From positions 8,191 to 72,190 of the forward strand of contig JAWODJ010000082.1 of NCBI GenBank assembly GCA_046483315.1: DNA of 64,000 nt, read 5' to 3'. Origin of the DNA: Bacteroidales bacterium (GTDB lineage Bacteria; Bacteroidota; Bacteroidia; Bacteroidales; PUMT01). Shown one piece after another: positions 37,926-48,685 of the stretch; the first letter of the stretch is position 1; each line of letters begins with the position of its first letter. The translations under genes and the position numbers were made by a program. The notes beneath the pieces are model-generated. The model made no database searches, had not been told where the DNA came from, and worked only from the letters and a program-made list of their open reading frames with translations.

Positions 37926-39638
37926 ATGTTATTTAAAGAGATGGGGCTTTCGCCGGAAATACTTATGGGCACAGATGCCCTTGGATTTATGGATGCTACC
38001 CCGATACAGGAACAAGTTATTCCTGTTTTGTTAAAAGAGAAAAGGGATATTATAGGTCTGGCGCAGACCGGCACCGGGAAAACCGCAGCATTCGGACTCC
38101 CTGTACTTGATAATATCGATATTGACGCCAACTACCCCCAGTTGCTGGTTCTGAGTCCCACGCGTGAACTTTGCATGCAAATCACACGTGATATTGAGAG
38201 TTACAGTAAGTTTATGAATGGTTTGAGAACTGTTGCCGTATATGGCGGAGCCTCAATGGATCAGCAGATAAGGGCACTGAAGCGCGGGGTGCATGTTGTT
38301 GTTGCCACACCGGGAAGGATCCATGACCTGGTCAGACGCAACCGCATAGATCTGTCGCTGGTTTCAACCCTGGTTCTGGACGAGGCTGATGAGATGCTTA
38401 AAATGGGTTTCCGTGACGATCTGGATGCCATCCTGGCCCGGACTCCGGTAAACAAAAACACATTACTGTTTTCAGCCACTATGGCTTCAGGCATTGTTGC
38501 CATTGCAAAAAAATATATGCATGATCCGCTTGAAATTACAATGGGCAGAAAAAATGCCGGTGCTGAAAATGTATCACATATTTTCCATATGGTTCACGCC
38601 AGGGATCGTTACAATGCACTTAAAAGGGTGGTTGATTACCATCCCGACATTTACGGCATTGTATTTTGCCGTACCAGGAAGGAAACCAGGGATGTTGCCG
38701 GCTGGCTCATGAGAGACGGTTATAATGCCGAAGCTCTGCACGGAGACCTTACGCAGGCACAGCGCGACTATGTAATGCAGAAATTCCGCGAAAGGAACCT
38801 GAATGTGCTTGTTGCGACTGATGTAGCGGCCCGGGGACTGGATGTTAATGACCTTACACATATAATAAATTATAACCTCCCCGATGATAATGAGGTTTAT
38901 ACACACCGTTCTGGCAGAACAGGCAGGGCAGGTAAGGAGGGGCTGACGGTTTCGATCATTAACATGAATGAGCGGAGTCGTATTTCACAGATTGAAAATG
39001 TTATCCGGAAAAAAATTGATCAGAAACCAATTCCTGCAGGTACGGATATTTGTGAACGTCAGCTTTTCAAAATGGTGGAGCGCATGCAAAACTCAGAAGT
39101 TGCGCACAATCAAATTGATCCATATATGGATAAGGTTTACGACATGCTGGGTGACCTGCCTAAGGAGGAGATCATTAAACGCTTTGTTTCACTTGAGTTT
39201 AACCGTTTCCTTGAATATTACAGGAACGCACCCGACCTTAATGTGGAAATTAATAAGGGACGTATGAACGGAGATCATGTTCGTTCCCGGAAAGGAGAAG
39301 AGTCACGCTCCGGACGCAAGATCCGTAACGGGAGATCAATGTCGAGAGTATTGTTTAATATCGGAAAGGGGAAAAAGATCACCAAAAGGGAGATTATAGA
39401 CATGCTTGTCAGTGCCCCCGGAGCGGGAAACGCCGAGATAGGCCAGATTGACATTTTCAAGCGTACCTCTTCTGTAGAGGTTGAAAGTAAAATGACAGGA
39501 GCTGTTATAGGTGAACTGAACAGAACAATTTACAAAGGTGTAAGGATAGAGGCTGAAGAGAACTACGAGTTTGCCGGAAACGATTTCCGTGACAGGAACA
39601 AAGGCCCCCGCGGTCGCAAAAGAATCAGAATGAACTAG
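37926..39638 (+). CDS. DEAD-box RNA helicase (DeaD/CshA-like, DbpA RNA-binding domain)
   Basis: Q motif, AQTGTGKT, PTREL, TPGR, DEAD, SAT, ARGLD, HRSGRTGRAG. Start moved to MLFKEMGL (37926). Confidence 0.95.
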   Translation: MLFKEMGLSPEILMGTDALGFMDATPIQEQVIPVLLKEKRDIIGLAQTGTGKTAAFGLPVLDNIDIDANYPQLLVLSPTRELCMQITRDIESYSKFMNGLRTVAVYGGASMDQQIRALKRGVHVVVATPGRIHDLVRRNRIDLSLVSTLVLDEADEMLKMGFRDDLDAILARTPVNKNTLLFSATMASGIVAIAKKYMHDPLEITMGRKNAGAENVSHIFHMVHARDRYNALKRVVDYHPDIYGIVFCRTRKETRDVAGWLMRDGYNAEALHGDLTQAQRDYVMQKFRERNLNVLVATDVAARGLDVNDLTHIINYNLPDDNEVYTHRSGRTGRAGKEGLTVSIINMNERSRISQIENVIRKKIDQKPIPAGTDICERQLFKMVERMQNSEVAHNQIDPYMDKVYDMLGDLPKEEIIKRFVSLEFNRFLEYYRNAPDLNVEINKGRMNGDHVRSRKGEESRSGRKIRNGRSMSRVLFNIGKGKKITKREIIDMLVSAPGAGNAEIGQIDIFKRTSSVEVESKMTGAVIGELNRTIYKGVRIEAEENYEFAGNDFRDRNKGPRGRKRIRMN

Positions 39639-39742
39639 ATATTTATATATAACCTGAACCCTGCCGGTGCAATTAGATTTTAAAAAAGTATTTTATGCTA
39701 TACGGGGTTCAGTAGCAATAATCCGGGTGTGTTGTGATTGTG

Positions 39743-40840
39743 CTATTTTTGCAGTGACGGGGATTGATTACTGGTGATTGCCTTCTGAAAATCTGTCAAC
39801 AGCTCGCTGAATATTTCCTTTACCGTTGTGATTTTTTCAGCCAGGTAAGCATTGCTGCCGGCAAAGGCATAACCATTCTTCATATTGCCCTTGTAGGCAT
39901 TATATAAAGCTGTTACGATGCAATAAGGACTGCTGGAAATATCACAGGTCTTAATGCAATGGAACGGGCATTTTATAGGACGTTTCAGTCCATTCTTTAC
40001 CTTGTTAAGAAATTCATTCATAACGGCTCTTCCCGGCATTCCTACCGGACTTTGGATTATCTCCATATCGGATTCACGGGCATTTACATAAGCCATTTTA
40101 AATCCCATTGAGGCATCACATTCCTCGGTAGTTACAAATCTTGTACCCAGTTGAACAGCTTTTGCACCTTTTTGCATGATGTTAAAGATATCCTGACCTG
40201 TATAGATTCCACCGGCAGCAATAACAGGTATTTCCTGGCTGTATTTCTCCTCGAAGATACTGACTTCTTTAACTACCTGTGGTACCAGTTCTTCAAGGGT
40301 ATAATTTGAATCTTCTATCTGATCTTTTTTAAAACCCAGATGTCCCCCGGCTTTTGGTCCTTCCACTACGAAAGCATCGGGAAGGTAATCATAAAGGGAT
40401 TTCCATTTATCGCAAATAATTTTTGCCGCCCTTCCCGAAGATACAATAGGTACAAGTTTTGTTGTACTGTCGGGCTTGAGAAAATCAGGTAATTGCAGGG
40501 GAAGCCCTGCTCCGGCAAATATAATGTCAACCTTTTCAGAGATCGAAGTGCGTACCAGGTCGGCAAAGTTTGACATTGCAACCATAATATTCACACCGAT
40601 CACACCTTTCGTTTTTTCTTTAGCAATTCTTATTTCCTCTTTCAGACCCTCAATGTTGGCCTGAAGGTAATCAAGGGCAGGGTTACGATGCACAAAGCCC
40701 AGACCTGCAGCAGAGATTACTCCCACGCCACCCTGGTTTGCCACGGCAACAGCCAGTCCGGACATTGAGATTCCTACGCCCATTCCGCCCTGTATTATGG
40801 GGACAGGTATATTGAGTCCTCCGATTTTAAATTCTCTCAT
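39743..40840 (-). CDS. Nitronate monooxygenase / FabK-like FMN oxidoreductase
   Basis: PIIQGGMGVG, EGPKAGGHLG, PVIAAGGI, VQLGTRF, SPVGMPGRA, CPFHCIKTC. Confidence 0.88.
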   Translation of the reverse strand: MREFKIGGLNIPVPIIQGGMGVGISMSGLAVAVANQGGVGVISAAGLGFVHRNPALDYLQANIEGLKEEIRIAKEKTKGVIGVNIMVAMSNFADLVRTSISEKVDIIFAGAGLPLQLPDFLKPDSTTKLVPIVSSGRAAKIICDKWKSLYDYLPDAFVVEGPKAGGHLGFKKDQIEDSNYTLEELVPQVVKEVSIFEEKYSQEIPVIAAGGIYTGQDIFNIMQKGAKAVQLGTRFVTTEECDASMGFKMAYVNARESDMEIIQSPVGMPGRAVMNEFLNKVKNGLKRPIKCPFHCIKTCDISSSPYCIVTALYNAYKGNMKNGYAFAGSNAYLAEKITTVKEIFSELLTDFQKAITSNQSPSLQK

Positions 40841-41020
40841 AACTAAAACCTCATTGTTGTAATTGTTGTAAAGGTACGTAAACTAATTGCCAATACGCAA
40901 TATGCACTGTTATATATATTGTTAGATAGTCATTATTAAGTAACTTTAACATTTAATGTATTTCCGGATAAATCTATATTTATACTGAATTTTTTTATAC
41001 TTAATGAAAACACCAAATCA

Positions 41021-42850
41021 GTGATTATGACAGTAAGATCATTTCTTTTCATGGTTTCTGTAATTTGCCTTACGGCGGAAGTTAACGGCCAGGATGCTGT
41101 TAATATAAGGTCAGCTATCGACAGCATTGCAAGGGAGCATGATATCCCCTCAGTTGCATTTGCCGTGGTTAACAATGACAGTGTAATAATTGCCGGTGCT
41201 GTGGGATATGCTGATAAGGAAAACAATATTCCTGCAATATCAACTACCACATATCGTATTGGCTCTGCTACAAAGACTTTTATATCGCTGGGGATAATGC
41301 ATCTTGTCAGTGAAGGGAAGCTGGATCTTGATGATACGCTTTCGAAGCTTGTTCCTGAGGTGCCGGTTGACAATAAATGGGAGGATAGTCACCCGGTGTT
41401 GCTGAAGCATCTGCTTGAGCACACGGCCGGTTTCAGGGATTTGCAACTGAAGGATTTTGTAATAGCTGAAGGCACACCCCTTCCCGGGATGAAAGAGACA
41501 GTGATGAGAGAGCCTGATTATTGGGTTAGCCGCTGGAAACCCGGTACCAGGAATGCCTATTCCAATCCTGGCTATTCGCTTCTTGGATATATAATTGAGA
41601 AATGCAGCGGGAAGCCATACAATGAATATCTTGAAGATATTTTGCTACATCCGCTGGAAATGGATGACAGCGATTTCCTCGGAAGGGATCATAGCCGTCT
41701 GGCCATCTCTTATGATATAAACAACATGCCACAGACTCCTTTGCCGATCCTTGATCATCCGGCAGGATATATGCATTCCACCCCTCAGGATATGGCCAGG
41801 TTCATAAGATTTATGTTGCTCTCGGGCCAGGTTGAATCTTTCTCATTTATGTCAGAAGAGAGGTTCCGTTTAATGGATGATCCTTCTTCTATTATAGGGG
41901 CAGGAAATAATATGATCGGGTATGGCAAAGGTTTATTTGCCACTGTAGCCCAGGGGCATGTTGGATATGGTCATGATGGCGGGATTGATGAATATCTGAC
42001 CTCTTTTGTCTTTTTCAGGGATCAGGGGGTGGCTTATTATTTTACAATTACCAGGATGGACGGTAAAGCGTCATCTGCAATAAGCAAATATTTGCAGGGC
42101 ATTTTACTCAGCAAAAAGAAACCGGTTTCGGAAAACAGGCTTGAGCATACTGAAGCTATTGAGGGATGGTACAGATTCGGGTCGTACAGGCTTGAATTGA
42201 CAAAGATATTGCACGATCTTTTTGACCCTGTCAGCCTCGGGATCAAGGAAGATACTCTCAGACTGAATAGTGTTACAGGAGAGAGCAGGAACCTTATCTC
42301 ACTTGGTAACGGGTATTTCCGTACAGAAGGGAGTCCGTGCCCTACACATTTTATTGGAGAATATGACGACAAAATGGTTATCTCTTCAAGTTTCGCCGAG
42401 ACGGGTGGCTATTTCGAAAAAACCAGCGCTTTCAGGGCTGTATGGAAGACATGGGGTTTTATAATATCAATTGTGGTTTTTATTTTCAGTGCTGTTGTCT
42501 ATTTTGTCAATTACCTTGTAGTGCGGATCAAAAAAAGAGAGATCAATGCAAGTCCGATGATCTGGCCGGCTCTGGGTCTGCTGACGTTTGTCCTTATTCT
42601 CCTTTTCTTCAGCAGGCTTACTTCGGTTTTGCTTATTGGAACGGTAAATATTTTTTCAGTGGCTGTTGCAATATTTTCCGGAATATTTGCTCTGTGTTTT
42701 GTTTTTGGCTTTTTGAGCTTGAGAAAAGGCAAAACCCACAATAAGGCATGGAAGCGTGTCCCCCTTATTATGGGTTATGTTGCCTGGGCATTTATCATTA
42801 TTTTGTTAGCATCATACGGCCATATGCCGATTACTACCTGGATCTGGTAG
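41021..42850 (+). CDS. Serine hydrolase, beta-lactamase/AmpC-PBP family, with C-terminal TM helices
   Basis: SxxK in GSATK, LLEHTAG, YSN, GHDG; about four C-terminal hydrophobic helices. Confidence 0.85.
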   Translation: MIMTVRSFLFMVSVICLTAEVNGQDAVNIRSAIDSIAREHDIPSVAFAVVNNDSVIIAGAVGYADKENNIPAISTTTYRIGSATKTFISLGIMHLVSEGKLDLDDTLSKLVPEVPVDNKWEDSHPVLLKHLLEHTAGFRDLQLKDFVIAEGTPLPGMKETVMREPDYWVSRWKPGTRNAYSNPGYSLLGYIIEKCSGKPYNEYLEDILLHPLEMDDSDFLGRDHSRLAISYDINNMPQTPLPILDHPAGYMHSTPQDMARFIRFMLLSGQVESFSFMSEERFRLMDDPSSIIGAGNNMIGYGKGLFATVAQGHVGYGHDGGIDEYLTSFVFFRDQGVAYYFTITRMDGKASSAISKYLQGILLSKKKPVSENRLEHTEAIEGWYRFGSYRLELTKILHDLFDPVSLGIKEDTLRLNSVTGESRNLISLGNGYFRTEGSPCPTHFIGEYDDKMVISSSFAETGGYFEKTSAFRAVWKTWGFIISIVVFIFSAVVYFVNYLVVRIKKREINASPMIWPALGLLTFVLILLFFSRLTSVLLIGTVNIFSVAVAIFSGIFALCFVFGFLSLRKGKTHNKAWKRVPLIMGYVAWAFIIILLASYGHMPITTWIW

Positions 42851-42999
42851 CCAATATTCCAAACACTGGCCAGGATTTCCAGTGATTGTGTAAATTCTTA
42901 AACAAGGGTTTTCACAATTGCTGAAAATGGTCATTATCTTTCTTCTCATTATAAATGATTTTTAAGGTTAGAATGTTATGGACTGGAAAACTATATCAT

Positions 43000-44100
43000 T
43001 TAAGGTTTTCCGGCAATGACATAATTTTCCATTGTCACAAAGAAATCATTTATGATCCCGTAGATATCAAACCATTCCCAGATCGTTATGGTGCGGGGAT
43101 TATCCGGACGCTCAGTCCATTGCCCGTCAATATAGATGGGAGCGGGGTGCTCGTAGCTCTCGGCCCAGCCGGGGTTCTTTACAATTGCCACTGCAGCCTG
43201 ATCAAAGAGTGCCCTTGAAGGCGGATTTCCCCACATATTGTACATCTCAAAAAGGTTTGCCGAATAATCACCCCATGTATGGAACCCGCCGCCGTGACGG
43301 CCGGTTACGGGTTCCGATATACGCGGACCCTTGCCAGGCATCCTGTGCAGTATCTGGGCCTGTGTAACCTTCACGGCGTCAGTGCCTGAAGGATCGCCGT
43401 AACGGACTGTCACCAGGTCAAAGGGTACATCAATATCCAGTATGTAATTCATTGAGGGTACGTCCCAGTTCTGATTATGCTCTCCGGGTTCGGGATAATT
43501 GGAACCCAGCCATACAATTCTTACATTTTCGGCAATGGCAGGTTCCTTGAGAAGTGCCAGAGCAATGTTGGTCAGTTTACCCACGGGCAGCAGTATCAGT
43601 TCCTGATCACGCTCTTTCATAGCCTGTTCAATTATGAAGTTGACCGCCTCATGCCCGTCAAATTCCGGTTCATGGATTTGGTCCCGTATCTCCTCGAAAG
43701 AGCCCTGGGCACCAGTGTAGAGAGGTATGTTGTTCCACACACCGCACAGCTGCATCACCCGTTTGGCCTCGGCGTAGTGATCGCTAACATCAGAGTATGT
43801 CACCCCGTCAACCGGACTGCTGGTGGCGTTGACAGTAACTCCCCCGACGGCAAAAGCATCGCCGCTGAAAAGCAGATAGGCCAGGGCATGCTGGTCGTCA
43901 ACTTCGTTGTCGGCATCGGTGTCGAAAATCACGTGATGCCTGAAAACCGGTTCATCGGCTTTTTCCGGGGCTTCGGCACATGATAATGTGACAGTTCCGA
44001 AAACAATGATCATCGCGGCAAGGTATACACCCGAACCGCTGAATTCATTAATCATTCTGATAATTGATCTTTTCATTTTTAAAGATTTAAGGTTAATCAT
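43000..44100 (-). CDS. Nucleoside hydrolase (IU-NH family) lipoprotein
   Basis: Asp-rich DTDADNEVDD motif, GKLTNIALAL, lipobox-like TLSC. The true start is probably downstream of 44100. Confidence 0.8.
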   Translation of the reverse strand: MINLKSLKMKRSIIRMINEFSGSGVYLAAMIIVFGTVTLSCAEAPEKADEPVFRHHVIFDTDADNEVDDQHALAYLLFSGDAFAVGGVTVNATSSPVDGVTYSDVSDHYAEAKRVMQLCGVWNNIPLYTGAQGSFEEIRDQIHEPEFDGHEAVNFIIEQAMKERDQELILLPVGKLTNIALALLKEPAIAENVRIVWLGSNYPEPGEHNQNWDVPSMNYILDIDVPFDLVTVRYGDPSGTDAVKVTQAQILHRMPGKGPRISEPVTGRHGGGFHTWGDYSANLFEMYNMWGNPPSRALFDQAAVAIVKNPGWAESYEHPAPIYIDGQWTERPDNPRTITIWEWFDIYGIINDFFVTMENYVIAGKP

Positions 44101-44142
44101 TATTTAAAATTTACAAGGCCAGGGGTAACCTTAACCGGTATT

Positions 44143-44976
44143 TTAATCCCTTCCGGCCGTCCATTCAATAGCTCCCTTAATGTGGTTTAAAAATAATGGA
44201 TCGGAGTAGAGTTCTTCGGGATGGCCCAGCGCCGTCTGAAAAACCCTTCCCTCTCCTGCATAACGGTACCATACCAGGGGGTGATCACCCATGCGCTGCT
44301 CTGCACCGGGGAACCATTCGTTGTTGTCAACATCGTAACTTGACTCGTCGATGGAGATCAACACGTTGACTTCATCGCGGGGGTTCCGGTTAAAGCTGTA
44401 CCATTCATCTTCAATGATCCAGATTGAGTCTGGCAGAAATGATGTCGCAGGATGGGTGCGGTCTTCAATTATCAGTTTCCCCTGCATTACCGGCGGATGC
44501 CCTGTGAATTTTGCACCCATCACATCCATGAACCAGTCCCAGTCATTTTCAGTAACCGTACCAGTATGGATGGTAAGCAACCCTCCGCCATTCTCTACAA
44601 AGCTTTGTATGTCCTGTTTCTCGCTGTCGCCGAAAGTATCGCCGGTAGTCTGAAGAAAGATCACCAGGTCAAGGGTATCTAGGCTGGCCGTTGAAAAGTA
44701 CAGCGAGTCTTCGGTGTGAATGAGCTGCCAGCTGTTTTCTGCGGCCATCTGCTGAAGCGCTTTCACTGCCACCTCGATATTATCGTGCCTGAATCCACCG
44801 GTTTTGGTCATTACTGCTATATTCATGGTTTCGTGACGATTTGAGTCTGAACAAGCCGGTAAGATCCCGGTCAGCAAAATAATCATGACCAGGATAGTAA
44901 TAGCCGGCAAGATTCTGTTAGATGAACTGATTAAATATTTCATGACTTCTGGTTTAGGTTCACTGTTTTGATTCAA
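44143..44976 (-). CDS. ThuA-like domain lipoprotein
   Basis: TKTGGFRHDNI, FVENGGGLLTIH, DEWY, GDHPLVW, GRVFQTALGH. Start may be at 44943. Confidence 0.85.
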   Translation of the reverse strand: MNQNSEPKPEVMKYLISSSNRILPAITILVMIILLTGILPACSDSNRHETMNIAVMTKTGGFRHDNIEVAVKALQQMAAENSWQLIHTEDSLYFSTASLDTLDLVIFLQTTGDTFGDSEKQDIQSFVENGGGLLTIHTGTVTENDWDWFMDVMGAKFTGHPPVMQGKLIIEDRTHPATSFLPDSIWIIEDEWYSFNRNPRDEVNVLISIDESSYDVDNNEWFPGAEQRMGDHPLVWYRYAGEGRVFQTALGHPEELYSDPLFLNHIKGAIEWTAGRD

Positions 44977-45658
44977 TAATAACCCTTCTGTAGGTTACCA
45001 GTTGCGGCTCACCATTATCAATAACTTCAAGCACCAGGTGAATATTTGAATTGCCCAGGTCATCCGGTACGGTAATATGTTTCCGGTTGCCGGCCGGATT
45101 GCTGATTGCCAGATCGCCATTATATGTATCAGCTTCATAATACCTGAACCAGTTGAAGGTGATCCGATCCCCATCGGGGTCACAGGAACCTGAAGCATCC
45201 AGGGAGATCACCTCCCCGGGATATGCCTGAAACCTGATGATGCGGTTCGACGAGTCACCATTGAGAACCGCCACGGGCTCGCGGTTCACTTCGCCCGGTT
45301 CCTTTACCGACCATAGCAACCGGTTCATAAAGCTGTTGGTAGCTGCCGGTATCCACCTGATCAGTTCATTTTGGTCCACATCACAGGTAGAATAGTACCC
45401 TTCAGGGAAGCTTCCGCCCATGGGCCTGAACATGCTGCCCCAGCTTCCCTGCGTTGGGTCGAGGTGGTCGTTCAGCCCCAGCATGGAGCTGATAAGGTAT
45501 AAATGGGCAGGAGTATCCCCTTCGCCCCCGTCATCGTGGGTCATGTCGGTCAGTATCACCACCCTGATTTTGTCTTCATCCGGCCCAGGTTCGGCGCAGG
45601 CGGAGGATGCAGCAATCATGACTGCTGCAACCATTAATAGCATTGATGTATTTTTCAT
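44960..45658 (-). pseudogene. DUF1593 (nucleoside-hydrolase-like) protein with an apparent large in-frame internal deletion
   Basis: N-terminal RVVILTDMTHDDG is joined directly to GEGDTP; C-terminal LDASGSCDPDGD..HLVLEVIDNG..YRRVII is intact; only 232 aa. Confidence 0.6.
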
Positions 45659-45724
45659 TGTATGTTTAATATATTCATAAAGTCACCCGTTGTAAAACCA
45701 TTACTTCCGGTTTTCCAGTGATGT

Positions 45725-46885
45725 TTACTGCTTTCTCAGCAGGTCAAGCAGTTTCCTGTCCAGTTGATACCCGTACCAGTCCTCGTAATCCACATCACTG
45801 CGGCCGGAGTTCAGTATGCCGAAACTTCCCCTGAATTCCCACAGGCCAAATCCGATGCCGTTTTCCCTGAAAATGTCGAGAGTATCGGAGAACCAGGCAA
45901 GGAAGACATCATGCGGGGTTTGATTGTAGCAACCCAGCTCACCGCAATGGACCCCGATACCCTGTTTCACAATTTCGATCCATGGTGCATAATGCTCTTC
46001 CAGCATTTCGCGGCTGAAGTATCGGTCACCGACCTGCCCCGGCCATTTGGGTTCGGGAAGGGCATCAATATCGGCAAATGCCCAGGGCGCCCGGTAATGT
46101 GATATCCGGGCCGGGAAATAACCCCTGTTACTCATTGCAATACCAAGATCCAGCAGTTCGGGAACCACTGTGGTTCCTACATTATTACCACCGGCAATCA
46201 CCAGGTGACCGGGATTCTGGCTTCGGATAGCTTTTGTGGCACCTTTGGCCACCTGCCGGTAAGCATCGCTGGGAACCGACCTTGCCGGGGAGTGCTGATC
46301 ATTAGGGTCGTCACGCATCGCTGGTTCATTCACCAGGTCGAAGCTGATCTTGTCGGCCGACACGTTTTTATACCGCCGTGCCCACATCAGCCAGTGAAAA
46401 TTGAAGGCCTCCTGCGCCTCCTCATCCAGCCAAAGGATATAGGGCTCACGGAAACCGGCATTGATGCAATAGCCGGGTGCCCGGTGCAGGTTCAGACTCA
46501 CATGCATATTGTATTTATGAGCCATGGCCACCAGTGAATCGATCTTTTCCACCGCCTCTTCATTGATGTTGTAAACCTCATCGGGCCTGATATTCCTGCT
46601 GCGGTCAAATTCAACATAGCAGGGATAAGCCATGGGAATTCTCACGAAATCAAATCCCCAGTCCCTCATCCAGCGGAAATAGTCTTCTTTTGTCGGAGGC
46701 CTTGACGAGTCCGGGTTTGGCGAAAAGAAGTCCAGAAGGTTAAAGCCTTTCCATTGCGGAATACTGTTCACTGGCTTCTTTTCACATGATCCGAGGAGGG
46801 AAGTTCCTGCCAGGCTGACTCCTGCAGCCACCAGGCCTGTATTTTTAATAAAATCCCTGCGGCTGTTTTTTGTTGGTGTGCTCAT
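45725..46885 (-). CDS. GH5 glycoside hydrolase with Tat/lipoprotein signal
   Basis: SRRDFIK twin-arginine motif, LGSC, GFDFVRIP, acid/base VNEP, nucleophile CGELG. Confidence 0.88.
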   Translation of the reverse strand: MSTPTKNSRRDFIKNTGLVAAGVSLAGTSLLGSCEKKPVNSIPQWKGFNLLDFFSPNPDSSRPPTKEDYFRWMRDWGFDFVRIPMAYPCYVEFDRSRNIRPDEVYNINEEAVEKIDSLVAMAHKYNMHVSLNLHRAPGYCINAGFREPYILWLDEEAQEAFNFHWLMWARRYKNVSADKISFDLVNEPAMRDDPNDQHSPARSVPSDAYRQVAKGATKAIRSQNPGHLVIAGGNNVGTTVVPELLDLGIAMSNRGYFPARISHYRAPWAFADIDALPEPKWPGQVGDRYFSREMLEEHYAPWIEIVKQGIGVHCGELGCYNQTPHDVFLAWFSDTLDIFRENGIGFGLWEFRGSFGILNSGRSDVDYEDWYGYQLDRKLLDLLRKQ

Positions 46886-46997
46886 AATAGTTGTTGGTTT
46901 TGCTTGTGTTCCAATGTTTTTTTTGCCTATATAACAGATGTCTCCCTTAATTTCCGGACAATTGCTTGCGGTCTACGCCAAATCTATGATTAATGTT

Positions 46998-48581
46998 CTA
47001 ATAATAGGTTTGCTGCCCCGGGTCAGTATCAGAATAGATTATCAATGAGCTGAGATTTACCTGGTATCCGTTGGGGATGTCGCGGACTGCAAGCCTGATC
47101 TCATAGCCGGATTCGGGGAGTTCATAATTCCAGTAAACCTCGTGCTTCCGCCGGCGGAATTCGGTTGGCATAATTACCGTTTCTACGAACTCATTATTTA
47201 TAAAGACATCGAGCGACAGGTCACGATCCGGCAGTCCGCCATCAGTGCGCAACGCATTCCCTCCCACAACAATACCTGAACCGGTAAACCCGGCTGTAAA
47301 CTCAGGATTATTCCGGCTAAGGGAGTGTCCGGGTGAATGCCTTTCACGCGGATACAAACCGCTAAATGACTCTTCAAACCTCACCGGTTCAACTGTCTGG
47401 TATCTGATCTCAACATCATCATCCAGCACCCTTCCTCCGTTTCCCTCTATCATCTGCAGGGCATGCCGGTAGCCAATGTCATAAACATCCAGCAGCGACA
47501 TATCAGTATAAACGAAATTACGATGCTCCACCCGGTCAAGCCCCTGCTTCCAGTAATCGGGTATATTGCTGTATCCCAGCATGGTGCCCAGAATTCCGGC
47601 AGCATTCGCAGGGTTACAGTCAGAGTCATATCCTGCCCTGGTGCTGATATCGATCGTTTTACCATAATCGCCGTCACCGTAAAGCAGTCCGAGAACAATA
47701 TAAGCCGCATTGATGCTGGCATCAATATTGAAAGCCCGGAAAACTCCATCGGGGCATCCTTTTTCTGCCGTCCATTTTTTCTGCAGTTCAAACCAGGTGC
47801 GTTTCCAGTCGTCCGGATACATTTCATGCCATCCAATAAGATCGGAAATAGTCCTGTAAAAACGGCTCTCTTCCGGTACTGCTTTCAGGGCCTCCCTGAC
47901 TACAAACCCTATATCGTCGCTTACAAATGCCTGGGTGTACATACCCGCGATGAACACCCCGCCGTACCATCCGTCGCCGTAATTCATAATGTGGCCTGTT
48001 TTATCGCTTATCGCGGAAGAGGCATTTATCATACCCGGAGACATTAATCCGGCGAAATCAGCCTCAATCTGAAAATCGATATCGTCGGCATGGGGGTTGT
48101 TTTTCCAGTGCCCCGATGCAGGAGGCATTATGCCGTTCAGGATGTTATATCTTGCCGCCTGGTTGGCATGCCACAGTGGATACCCCGCATTGGCAAAAGC
48201 CATTGCATGCAGCGAATCTGCGGCATCCAGTCCGTGCTCCTCAAATACCTGCACAAAGGTTAGGTCCATGTATACATCATCGTATAATCCGGGGGAATTG
48301 TCATACCACCATTCCATCTGGGTTTCATCCCAGGGAATAGGCACGTGATCCCCTATCATTGTTCCGTTCCACCGGAACTCGGTAGGTCCGCCATAGGTGC
48401 AGCCAATGACCTGTCCGGCCCATCCCCCCATGATCTTGTCATGGAGCACCTGTTTCTCTATCGTGACAATATCACCATCGCTAAATGATGAATTATGATC
48501 GGAAGTCCGCTGGCTGCATGAAGCAGCCAGGGCAATTGCCGCAATTAAGATTACATACTGTCTAAACTTTTGTGTCATCAT
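46998..48581 (-). CDS. ADP-ribosylglycohydrolase-family lipoprotein
   Basis: Lipobox AASC; DKIMGGWAGQVIG..GGPTE, DDVYMD, DDIDFQIEAD, GYDSDCN. Confidence 0.82.
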   Translation of the reverse strand: MMTQKFRQYVILIAAIALAASCSQRTSDHNSSFSDGDIVTIEKQVLHDKIMGGWAGQVIGCTYGGPTEFRWNGTMIGDHVPIPWDETQMEWWYDNSPGLYDDVYMDLTFVQVFEEHGLDAADSLHAMAFANAGYPLWHANQAARYNILNGIMPPASGHWKNNPHADDIDFQIEADFAGLMSPGMINASSAISDKTGHIMNYGDGWYGGVFIAGMYTQAFVSDDIGFVVREALKAVPEESRFYRTISDLIGWHEMYPDDWKRTWFELQKKWTAEKGCPDGVFRAFNIDASINAAYIVLGLLYGDGDYGKTIDISTRAGYDSDCNPANAAGILGTMLGYSNIPDYWKQGLDRVEHRNFVYTDMSLLDVYDIGYRHALQMIEGNGGRVLDDDVEIRYQTVEPVRFEESFSGLYPRERHSPGHSLSRNNPEFTAGFTGSGIVVGGNALRTDGGLPDRDLSLDVFINNEFVETVIMPTEFRRRKHEVYWNYELPESGYEIRLAVRDIPNGYQVNLSSLIIYSDTDPGQQTYY

Positions 48582-48685
48582 TCGGACTTTTGGTTAGGGT
48601 TAGAATTATGTACATTTCCATAATCGATAAACTATTCTTATTATTTTTTGAATTACCTGAATTTGCAGGCGGAGGTTACATCTGA

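Noticed and set aside
39652-39712. ctgaaccc...ggggttcag inverted repeat as a MITE or invertible element
   Set aside because: Short arms, single copy, and located between convergent genes; a bidirectional terminator-like structure is the simpler explanation.
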